A DNA stretch of 64,000 bases, taken from NCBI GenBank assembly GCA_030390025.1, contig JASTWF010000033.1:1490001-1554000 (forward strand), given 5' to 3'. This DNA comes from Squalus acanthias. Lineage: Eukaryota. How positions within the stretch are numbered: the stretch's first letter is position 1; every line of letters begins with the position of its first letter. Shown piece after piece: positions 24,851 to 36,057 of the stretch. The position numbers were made by a program, and so were the translations under genes. Below the pieces are notes generated by a model. The model ran no database searches. It saw only the letters and a list, made by a program, of their open reading frames with translations, and was not told where the DNA came from.

Positions 24851-25384
24851 AGCAAGAGACAGAAAGAGAGAGAGAGAAGAGGTAGGGACAGAAAGAAAAA
24901 TAAAGACAGACAGACTGGGAGAGGTACAGAGGGACATATATTAACTTTAAAAGGGGAATTGAATAAATACTTGAAGGGGAGCAATATGCAGGAATATGGG
25001 AAAAGAGCAGGGGAATGGGACTAATTGGAGGGGTGAGGCCATGATGGATTTGATCTTAAGGATGAGAATATTAAAATCGAGGTGTTGCCGGATCGGGAGA
25101 CAATGTCAGTGGTCATAGTAGCGATGGCTGAATGGAACTTGGTGCAAGTTCGGATATGGTTAGCACATGAGTTCTAGTTTATGGAGGCTTTTAACTTGTA
25201 GGCTTTGGTCTTCCCAAGATTTAAAGGACAAGCACAATAATACAGTGATACATGGTTAACAGATCTAATTGCTGGATAGAGAGACTTACCAGGAACAACA
25301 ACCGCAGCAAGGAGGGGAGAGTAAATGAGAAGAACAGTAATACAGTAAAACATGGTTAATAGCAGAGCTGACAGAGACCCTTAC

Positions 25385-25661
25385 CAGGAACACCCACAGC
25401 AGCAAGGATGGGATAATAAATAAAAAGCACATCAATACAGTAAAACATGGTTAATGGAATAGTTGGATCGATAAACTTTCCAGGAACACCAAAAGCAGCA
25501 AGGAGAGGATAGTAAAAGTGTTGAATAATCACAAGTGCGTCATAGATCCGGTTTTCTAATTGTAGTCTATCATAATTTGCAGCAATATATTCCATCTCCC
25601 CGATGAAAGCCCTGCCCATTGTTGTAACATTCAAATCTACTGTTCTCTGATTCTGATCCAT
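25385..25661 (-). CDS. GPCR first coding exon (N-terminus + TM1 N-half), using the duplicated in-frame donor at 25384
   Basis: ATG in ACAATGG context at 25661 (alternative at 25619); YYPLLAAFGVP and YYPILAAVGVP motifs. First donor is G|GAAAGT (mutated), second is G|GTAAGG. 277+902 nt gives 392 aa. Confidence 0.7.
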
Positions 25662-25759
25662 TGTTGCAACATTCCAATCTGCTGTTCTCAGATTCGGACT
25701 CTGTTAGTGCCGGAAGTGATGCTCTCACTGACATTGTGGGATGACACATTGAAAGGAGT

Positions 25760-25955
25760 CCCTTTAATAGAAGAGGGAGACACTGCACTGATACAATTAG
25801 AGTCCATGGAGACTGACATTCATTACAGTAACTGAACAAACAGCTTCAGTTTATCCGTGGAGACTGACATTCATTACAGTACCTGAACAAACAGCTTCAG
25901 TTTATCCGTGGAGACTGATATTAATTACAGTAACTGAACAAACAGCTTCAGTTAA
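25760..25955 (-). promoter_or_regulatory. Putative GPCR promoter: TATA-like TATTAAA about 100 nt upstream of the ATG plus three 51-bp tandem repeats
   Basis: CTTTAATAG at ~25762-25770; TCC(A/G)TGGAGACTGA repeats at 25803, 25854 and 25905. Confidence 0.45.
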
Positions 25956-25999
25956 CCCATTTCATACCATCACTTTTTATACCACAGTAAAGTAAAACA

Positions 26000-28900
26000 T
26001 TTACCCGGTAAATGTCCAGCTCATATGAGGGTTTGTGAGGGAAGGAATCGTGGAAATAGTGCCGGCTCTGGCTACAATCTTTCAATGCTCCTTGGATATG
26101 GGAGTGGTGCCAGAGGACTGGAGCGTTGCAAATGTTACACCCTGTTTAATAAAGGAGAGAGGGATAAACCCTGTAACTGCAGACCAGTCAGCCTAATGTC
26201 GTTGGTGCGTAAACTTCTAGAGGCCATATTCCGGGACAAAATTATCTGTCACTTGGATAAATATGGATTAATAAATGACAACCAGTACAGCTTGTTTTAA
26301 AGTCTTAGTGTGTCTGCCAAACTTGATTGAGTTCTTTGATGAGGAAACGGAGAGTATTGATGAGGGTTATGCATATGGACTTTCAAAAGGCGTTTGATGA
26401 AGTGCCGCTTAATAGACTTGATAGAGAATCCCAAAATGGTTCTCAGCATAACAAAAATGGCGGGGAACCAAGATTCTAATGAGAGTGAGGAACTTAATGT
26501 AATTAATATAAGTAGAGAAAATGTACTAGAGAAACTAATTGGACTAAAAGCTTACAAATCCCCTGGACCTGAAGGCCTACATCCTAGGGTTTTAAAAAGA
26601 GGTGGCTGAAGCATAGAAGCATAGAAGCATAGAAGATAGGAGCAGGAGTCGGCCATTCGACCCCTCGAGCCTTCTCTGCCATTTAATGAGATCATGGCCG
26701 ATCATCCAAATTCAGTACCCTGTCCCTGCTTTCTCCCCATATCCCTTGATCCGTTTAGCCTTAAGTAATATATGTATCTCCTTCTTGAATATATTTAATG
26801 AATTGGACTCAACTGCCTTCTGTAGTAGAGAATTCCACAGGTTCACCACAATCTGGCTGAAGAAATTCCTCCTCATCTGAGTCCTAAATGGCTTACCCCT
26901 TATCGTTAGACTTAGAGATAGTGGATGCATTGGTTTGGATCTTCCAAAATTCCCTAGTTTCCAGAATGGTCCCAGCGGATTGGAAGGTCACAAATGTAAC
27001 ACCGCTATTCAAAAATGGAAGGAGTGAAAAAACAGGGAACTACAGGCCAGTTAGTCTGAAATCAGTCGTCGGCAGAATACTGGAATCCATTGATAAGGAA
27101 GTGATATCAGATCACTTAGAAAATCATAACATGATTAGGCAGAGTCAGCATGGTTTTATGAAAGGGAAATCGTGTTTGACAAATTTATTAGAGTTTTTTG
27201 AGGATGTAAATAGCAGGGTAGATAAAGGGGAACAAGTATATGTAGTATATTTGGATTTCCAAAAGGCATTTGATAAGGTGCCACATAAAAGATTATTACA
27301 CCAGATTAGGGCTCATAGGTTTGGGGGTAATATAGTATCATGGAGGGAAGATTGGTTAACGGACAGAAAACAGAGAGTAGGGATAAACGGATCTTTTTCA
27401 AGTTGGCAGGTGCTGCAAAGATCAGTGTTGGGGCCTCAGCTATATACAATCTATATTAATGACCTACATGAATCGACCAAGTGTAATGTATCAAAGTTTG
27501 CTGATGATACAAAGCTGGGTGGGACAGAAAGTTGTGAGGAGTACAGAAAGAGTCTGCAAAGGGATATAGATAGACTGAGTGAGTGGGCAATAAGTTGGCA
27601 GATGAATTATATTGTACGGAAATGTGAGGTTATTCACTTTGGTAGGAAGAATAGAAAAACAGAATATCTTTTAAATGGTGATAAACTTTCAAATGTTGGT
27701 GTTCAGAGAGATTTGGGTGTCTTCGTGCAAGAAATACAGAAAGCTAGCATGCAGGTACAGCAAGCAATAAGGAAGGCTAATGGCATGTTGGCTTTTATTG
27801 TAAGGGGGATGGACTATAAAGTTAAGGAAGTCTTACAACAATTGTACAGGGTCTTGGTGATACCACACCTGGTGTACTGTGCACACTTTTGTTCCCCTTT
27901 TCTAAGGAAGGATAATCTTGCCCTGGAGGCGGTGCAACAAAGCTTCACTAGATTGATTCCTGGGAAGAGAGGGCTGTCCTACGATGAGAGATTGTGTATA
28001 ATGGACCTGTACTCTCTGGAGTTTGGAAGAATGAGAGGCGATCTCATTGAAATACACAATATTCTGAAGGGGATGACAGGGTAGATGCTGAGAGGATGTT
28101 CCCCCTGGCCGGAGTGTCTAGAACTAGGGTGCGCAGTATCAGGATAAGGGGTCGGCCATTTAAGACCGAGATGAGGAGGAATTTCTTCACTAAGAAGGTT
28201 GTGAATCTTTGGAATTATCTGATCCAGAGAGCTGTGAATGCTGAGTCTTTGGATATATTCAAGGCTGAGGTAGATAGATTTGTGGACTTTAGGGGAATCA
28301 AGGGATGTGGAGATTGGGCGGGAAAGTGGTGTTGAGGTCGATTATCAGCCATGATCTTATTGAATCGCGGAGCAGGCTCGAGGGGTCGTATGGTCTAATC
28401 CTGCTTTTATTTTTTATGTTCTATTGTTGTAATGTTCTTAAATTGAACCCCTTGGGATTAAAGGGGCATGGGCTCCGTAGATGAAATTGGCTAAGGGGCA
28501 GGTAACAGAGAATAGTGTTGAATGGTTATTTTTCAGACAGAAGGGAAATGTACAGCGATGTCCCCCAGCGGTCGATATTAGGACCAGTGGTCTTTCTGGT
28601 AGACATTAATGGCTTGGACGTAAGTCTAAAGGCATAATTTCAAAGTTTGGAGATGACACGAAACTCAGAAATGAAGTAAACACTGAAGAGAGTAGCAGAC
28701 TTGAGGAGCACAAAGACAGACTGTTGAAATGGGCAGAAACATGGCAGATACAATATAACAGAAAGAAATGTGAAGTGATACATTTTGGGAGGAAAATGAG
28801 GAGAGGCAACAAAAACTAAATGGTACAAATTTAAATTGGTACAGAGAGACCTGGGAGTTTACATACACAAACCTTTGAAAGTGGCAGGTTGATAAGATTC

Positions 28901-29935
28901 GTAAAAACGCATACAGGATCTCTGGTTTTATAAATAGAGGCATAAGGTACAAAAGAAAGGAAGTTATGCTAAACCTTTATAAATGACCGGTTAGGCCTGA
29001 GGTGGAGTATTGTCTCCAATTCTGGGCAACACACTTTAGGAAGGATGTCAAGGCCTAGGAGAAGGCGCAGAGGAGATTTACTACAATGATACCAGAGATG
29101 AGGGGTTTCAGTTATGTGGCGAGACTGGAGAGGCAGAGATTTTTCCCTTTCGAGCAGAGAAGGTTAAGAGGACATTGAGTAGCTGTGTTCAAGGGTTTGG
29201 ATAGAATAAAATCACGTTATAGAGAATGAGAGGTGATCTTATTGAACTATATAAGACACTGAGGGGCCTCGACAAGGTAGATGCAGAGAGGATGTTTCCC
29301 CTCGTGGGGAAATGTAGAACTCGGGGGCACAGTTTCAGCATAAATGGTCGCCCTTTTAGAACTGAGATGAGGAGGAATTTCTTCTCTCAGAGGGTCGTAA
29401 ATCTGTGGAATTCTCTGCACCAGAGAGCTGTGGAGGCTGGGTCATTAAATACATTTAAGGTGGAGATAGACAGATGTTTGCAAGGTAACGGAGTGAAGGG
29501 TTATGGGGAGCGGGCAGGGAAGTGACTTTGAGCCCAAGATCAGCGATGATTGCTAGAGGGGCCAAGTGGCCTATTCCTGCTCCTATTTCTTATGTTCTTA
29601 TGTTTTTAAATAAGGAAAAACTGTTTCCAGTGGCAGAAAGGTTGGTAACCAGAAGATACAGATTTAAGATAATTGGCAAAGAACCAGAGGGAAGATGAGG
29701 AGAATTTGTTCTACACAGCCAGTTGTTGTGATCTGGAATGCACTGGCTGAAAAGGTGATAGATGCAGATTCAATAATAACTTTCAAAAGGGAACGGGATC
29801 AATTATGCAAGTGAAGGATTTGCATCGCTATGGCAAAAGAACACGAGAGTGGGACTAATTGAATAACTCTTTCAAAGAGATAGCACAGGCTCGATGGACC
29901 GAATGGCCTCCTTCTGTGCGGAATGATTCTGTGAA
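26000..29935 (+). mobile_element. Nested CR1 LINE complex: host (26000-26421, 28440-29215, 29606-29935) with inserted CR1s (26425-28420; 29220-29605) and a minus-strand CR1 tail (26611-26912)
   Basis: ORF 26888-28084 with full RT motifs; several CR1 tails; host reading resumes across the junctions. Confidence 0.85.
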
Positions 29936-30204
29936 TCAGTGATAACAAAAGCCATTGAGTCCTTGTCGCATGTGTAGAATCGACGTTCTGCACTTTTTGA
30001 GCTAGTTTCCAATCGTTACTTGTACTCAGATAAAGGCGACAGCAGAAAAGCAAACACAATGGGCTGGTGAGACAAGGTGTGTTGACAATTTTATAAATAG
30101 AGTTTAAGAAACCTGAAATCATGAAATAACTATGAAACTAAAAATAGGGGCGATAAATATAAGAATTGAGGAGAAAATTCTTCACCCATAAAGTGGGAAG
30201 CTGC

Positions 30205-32440
30205 AACACATGACTACATGCAAGCTAAAGAGTGGAGCAGCATGCTATAGACATTGCTAAGCGATCGCACAATTAACGGATCAGATCAAAGCTCCGCAGT
30301 CCTGCCACATCCAGTCGTGAATGGTGGTGGATCATTAATCAACTAACGGGAGGAGGAGGCTCCATGAATATCCCCATCCTCAATGAGGGTGGAGACCAGC
30401 ATCTGAGTGCAAAAGGCAAGGCTGAAGCGTTTGCAAATATCTTCAGTAACAAGTGCCAATTGGAGGATCCATCTCGGCCTCCTCCTGCGATCCTAACCAT
30501 CACAGAAGCCAGTCTTCCGCTAGTTCGATTTGCTCCACGTGAAAACAAGAAACTGCTGAGCGCACTGGATACAGCAAAGGCTATGGGCCCCGATAACATC
30601 CCGGCTATCGTGCTGAAGACGTGTCCTCCAGAACTAGCCGCGCCTCTAGCCAAGCTAATCCAGTACAGCTACAGCACTGGCATCTATCCGACAATGTGGA
30701 AAACTGCCCAGGTATGTCCTGTCCAAAAAAAGCAGGACAAATCCAATCCGGACAATTACCGCCCCATCAGTCTACTCACAATCATCAGCAAAGTGATTGA
30801 AGGTGTCATCAACAGTGCTATCAAGCGGCACTTACTCACTTATAACCTGCTCACTGATGGCCAGTTTGGGTTCCGCCAAGACCACTAGGCTCCCGACCTC
30901 ATTACAGCCTTGGTCCAAACATGGACAAAGGAGCTGAATTCCAGTGGTGAGGTGAGAGTGACTGGCCTTGACATCAAGACAGCATTTGACCGAGTGTGGC
31001 ATCAAGGAGCCCTAGTAAAACTGAAGCCAATGGGAATCAGGGGAAAACGCTCGACTGGCTGGAGTCATACCTCGGACAAAGGAATATAGTTGTGGTGGTT
31101 GATGGTCAATCATCACAGCCCCAGGACATCGCTGCAGGAGTTCCTCAGGGCAGTGTCCTAGGCCCAGCCATCTTCAGCTGTTTCATCAATGACCTTCGCT
31201 CCAAATAAGGTCAGAAATGTGGATGTTTGCTGATGACGCCACAGTGTTCAGCGCCATTCACAACTCCTCAGATAATAAAGAAGTCCATGCTCGCATGCAA
31301 TAAGACCTGGATGATGTTCAGGCTTGGGCTGATAAGTTGCAGGTAACATTCGCGCCACAGAAGTGCCAGGCAATGACTATCTCCAACAAGCGGGAGTCTA
31401 ACCACCTCCCCTTGACATTCAACGGCATTACCATCGCCGAATCCCCCAGCATCAATATCCTGGGTGTCACCATTGACCAGAAACTTAACTGGAGCAGACA
31501 CATAAATACTGTGGCAACAAGAGCAGGCCAGAGCCTAGGTATTCTGTGGCGAGTGTCTCACCTCCTGACTCCCCAAAGCCTTTCCGCCATCTACAAGGCA
31601 CAAGTAAGGTGTGTGATGGAATGCTCTCCACTTGCCTGGATGAGTGCAGCTCCAACAACACTCAAGAACCTCGACACCATCCAGGACAAAGGAGCCCGGT
31701 TGATTGGCACCCCATCCACCAACTTAAACATTCACTCCCTCCACCACCGGCGTACCGTGGCTGCAGTGTGTACCATCTACAAGATGCAATGTAACAACTC
31801 GACAAGTCTTCTTCGGCAGCACCTCCCAAACCCGCGACCTCTTCCACCTAGAAGGAGAAGGCCAGCAAGCGCATGGGAATACCACCACCTCCAAGTTCCC
31901 CTCCAAGTCACACACCATCCTGACATGGTGGCATAGTGGTTAGCACTGGTGCTTCACAGCGCCAGGGACCCGGGTTCGAATCTGAGCTCGGGTGACTGTC
32001 TGTGTGGAGTTTGCACATTCTCCTCGTGTCTGCGTGGGTTTTCTCCGGGTGCTCCGGTTTCCTCCCACAGTCCAAAAATGTGCGGGTTAGGTTGATTTGG
32101 CTATGATAAAATTGACCCTTAGTGTTAGGGGGGGATTAAATATGCGGGGGTAGGGTGGGATATGTGTACTGTGGGGATTAAAGCAGGGACAGGGTACTGG
32201 ATTTGGATGATCAGCCATGATCGTATTGAATGGTGGAGCAGGCTCGAATGGCCTGCTCCTGCTCCTAGATTCTATGTTTCTAAATATAAAATCCTAGAAC
32301 TCCCCCCTAACAGCACTGTGGGAGTACCAACACTGCAACGGTTCAAGAAGGCGGCTAACCACCGCCTTCTCAAGGGCAACTAGGGATGGGAAATAATGCT
32401 GGGCTCGCCAGCGGCGCCCCGATCCCATAACCGAATAAAA
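30205..32440 (+). mobile_element. 5'-truncated LINE of the CR1/L2 group, distinct from the other CR1s, with frameshifts
   Basis: AMGPDNIP..NYRPISLL..QFGFR, GVPQGSVLGP, FADD, YKAQVR; distinct 3' tail. Confidence 0.88.
31925..32283 (+). mobile_element. V-SINE/HE1-like SINE inserted in the LINE 3' region
   Basis: tRNA-like head (TGGCATAGTGG, GGTTCGAATC), V-domain TGTGTGGAGTTTGCACATTCTC..GGTTTCCTCCCAC, CR1 tail. Confidence 0.9.
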
Positions 32441-32454
32441 ATAAATCATTTTTT

Positions 32455-34830
32455 TAATGGAATCATTACGACACAGAAGGAGGCCTTTCGGCCCATCGTG
32501 TCCGTGCCAGTCGGAAAAGAGCTTCCCAACCGAATCCACCTTCCAGCACTAAGTCCGTAGCCCTGTAGGTTATTGGTCCTTCTTATCCACTCTATGCAGG
32601 CTCCTCCTAATTTTATACATTTCAATTAAACCTCCCCTCGGCCTCCTCTGTTCAAAGGAAATAAACCCCAGCCTCTCCAAACTTTCCTCATAGCTAAAGT
32701 TACCCAGTCCTAGCAATATCCTCGTATATCTCCTCTGCACCCTCTCCAGTGCAGTCACATCCTTCCTGTAATGTGGTGACCAGAACTGCACGCAGTACTC
32801 AAGCTGTGGTCTAACCATTGTTGTATATGGTTCGAGCATATCTTTCCTGCTCTTATATTCTATGCCTTGGCTAATAAGGGAAAGCATTCCGTAAGTCATT
32901 TTGACTACTTGATTGACCTCTCCTGCCACTTTGAAGGATCTGTAGACATACGCGCCAAGGTCCCCCTGTTCCTCCACACCTCTCTGTATCCTCCCATTAA
33001 TTGTGTATTCCCTTGCCTTGTTGCCCTTCCCCAAATGCATTACCTCACAGTTTTCCGGATTGAATTCAATTTGCAACTTTTCAGCCCAACTGACCAGTTC
33101 ATTGATATCTCCTTGCAGTCTAAAGCTTTTTTTCCTCAGTGTCAACCACACGGCCAATGTTTATATCATCTGCCAATTTATTTATCATTCCCCCTACAGT
33201 TATGTCTAAATCGTTAATATATACTACACAAAGTAAGGGACCGAATACCGAGCCCTGTGGAACCCCACTGGAAACAGCCTTCGAATCGTAAAAACGCACC
33301 TCAACTATTACCCTTTGCTTCCTGCCACTGAGCCAATTGTGGATCCAGTTTGCCACTCTCCCTTGGATCCCATGAGCTTTTACCTTTTTTTTCAGCCTGC
33401 CATGTGGGACCTTGTCAAAAGCCTTGCTAAAATCCATGTAGACTAGAAAAACGAAATGCCGTCATCGAACTTCTTACCTCCTCAAAGAAATCAACCAATT
33501 TATTCAAACACAACATTCCCTTAACAAAATCATACTTGCTCTCCTTGATAAGCTGTGTCTTTCTAAATGTAGGTTTATACTGACCCTCAGAATTGATTCC
33601 AGTAATTTTCCCACCACCGAGGTTAAACTAACTGGCCTGTAATTGTTCGGTTTATCCCTTCCTCCCTTTTTCAACACTGGTACAACGTTAGCAGTTCTCC
33701 AAAACTCTGGCACCACTTTTGTAGCGAGCGGGGATTTGGAAAATGATGGTCAGAGCCTCCGCAATTTCCTCCCTTGCTTCTTTTAATAGCCTCGGATATA
33801 TTTAATCCGGCCCTGGTGATTTAGCTACTTTCAAGAATGCGAAACCCCTTAATAATTCACCAGCTTCTTCCTTAACTTCAATGTCGGCATCGTCCCCCTA
33901 TTTTGTAAAGACAGCTGCAAAGTATTCAACAAGCAACTTACCCACATCCTCCACCTCAAGACATAGATCACCATTTTGGTCCCTGATAGGCCCTACTCTT
34001 TCTTTAGTTATCTACTATCTTTATGTAATTAGAAAAGATCTTTGATTCTACTTGCCAGTGTTTTTTATGCTCTCTTTTTGCTTTCCTAATTTCCTGCTTA
34101 ATTTCACCCCACACTTTGTATACTCTTCTAGGATTTCTGCGGTATTGAGCTCACGAAATCTGATAAAGGCTTCCCTTTTTTGCCTTTTCTACCCTGTATG
34201 CACCTTGTCATCCAGGGGCCTCTACATTTGGCAGTTCTACCCTTTTTCCATGTGGGATCATATTTACTCTGAACTCCATGTATCCCCCACTTGAACACCT
34301 CCCACTGCTCTGACACTGATTTACATTCAAGTAACTGTTGTCATTCCACTTTTGCTAAATCATTTCTCAATCTAGTAAAATTGGCCTTCCCTCAATTTAG
34401 AACCCTTACTCCCGTATTTTTTCCTCCTTATCTATAATTATGCTAATAGTTACTGAATTATGATAACTATCACAAAAATGCTGTCTCACTGATACTCCTT
34501 CCAGCTGCCCAGCTCCATAACCGAAAACTTTCGAAAACTGCTCCCCCTCTTGTTGGGCTTGCTACGTATTGGCTAAAAAAAGATCTCCAGAATGCAATTT
34601 AGGAATTCTGTGCCCTCTCTACCATTTACACTGTTAGTATCCCAGTTAATATTGGGGTAGTTGAAATCCCCCACTATTACTGTCCTATTGTTTTTGCACG
34701 TGTCAGAAATTTGCCAACAAATTTACTCTTCTATCTCCCTCGGACTGTTTGAGGGTCTATACAACACTCCCAGCAGTGTGATTGCCCCTTTTTTTGTTCT
34801 TTAGTCAACCCATATAGTTGTTGATCCTTC
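32455..34830 (-). mobile_element. Decayed CR1 LINE (EN C-part to 3' end)
   Basis: ORFs 32570-33157, 33120-33437 and 33504-33716 with RT motifs. Confidence 0.88.
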
Positions 34831-35652
34831 TGACGTAGCAGCTTATTTACCATTTATTTTTGAGGCTGTAACACCAAGAACAATCCTTTGCAAACATCCA
34901 GAAACACAAAAGTGAACAGAGCATGCCAAAGTAAGAGGCACAAGTAGAACTGATTTGCCTGGGATATTTGGGTCGTATTGGCAGGGCTTGTTGGTGTCCT
35001 ATGGCCTGTGGAGCCGTAGTTCGGACATCCCTGAGTTAGGAGGATCTAAAATCAGCCAGAGATCCACTGATGGATGAAATAAACCCATCAGTACCCCAGC
35101 CTCTCATACGTCACATTTCTGGCAGGGTTACAGACACACAAGTCAACCTGCAGAAATTAAACAAAAAGCAGAACAACACAGATGCTGGAACACTGAAATA
35201 AACCTGAAAACATTGGAAACACTCAGCAGGTCTGCCAGCATCTGCGGAGCGATCAGACCAGTTCAAGTTTTGGGTGTGGCCCTTCCTTTAAAACGGCAAA
35301 AAAATAAGATGGTCTTTTGGCTAGAATGCGAAACTCACAACGAGGATACCTCCACTCAGATCAGTGTCTCGAGTTATAGTTGCAAATTTCAGAGAGGTGA
35401 TTATTAATACAAGGAAAGATCCCGTTCCACTCAACATATAATGAAAAAAGAAGCCACATGTGTGGCATCCGCGGGGTGCAGTGTCGTGATCTTACGACTG
35501 AGTAAGATAATTTGACTATGAAAAAGACGTATTTTTTATAAGATCATGCAGAAAAGGTGCTGCAGATGTGGTCAGGGGAAATTATCAAACTGCAAAATGA
35601 ACATAATGCTTATTTGCCAACAATCCAAAACTGGGAGCAAGACTGATCGTTG

Positions 35653-36057
35653 CACATGCTGGAGGAAGCTACAGGAAGCACTGGTGTCAGCCTCGGAGCA
35701 GGCCGTGGCCGTGTTATCACATGCTGGAGGAAGCTACAGGGAGCACGGATGAGAGCCTTGGAGCAGACCATGGGCCTGTTATCACATGCTGGAGGAAGCT
35801 AGAGGGAGCACTGATGTCAGCCTGGGAGCAGGCCGTGAGCCTGTTATCACATGCTGGATGAAGCTACAGGGAGCACTGGTGTCAGCCGAGGAGCAGGCCG
35901 TGGGCCTGTTATCACATGCTGGAGGAAGCTACAGGAAGCACTGGTGTCAGCCTGGGAGCAGGCCGTGAGCCTGTTATCACTTGCTAGAGGAAGCTATAGG
36001 GAGCACTGGTGTCAGCTTGGGAGCAGGCCGTGGGCCTGTTAACACATGCTGGAGGAA
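35653..36057. repeat. 65-bp minisatellite, left part (about 6 units)
   Basis: CACATGCTGGAGGAAGCTACAGG.. at 35653, 35718 and onward. Confidence 0.92.

Noticed and set aside
26888..28084. 398-aa RT ORF as a domesticated gene
   Set aside because: A truncated CR1 with a deletion before the QG motif and a downstream break; its N-terminus comes from an antisense insertion.
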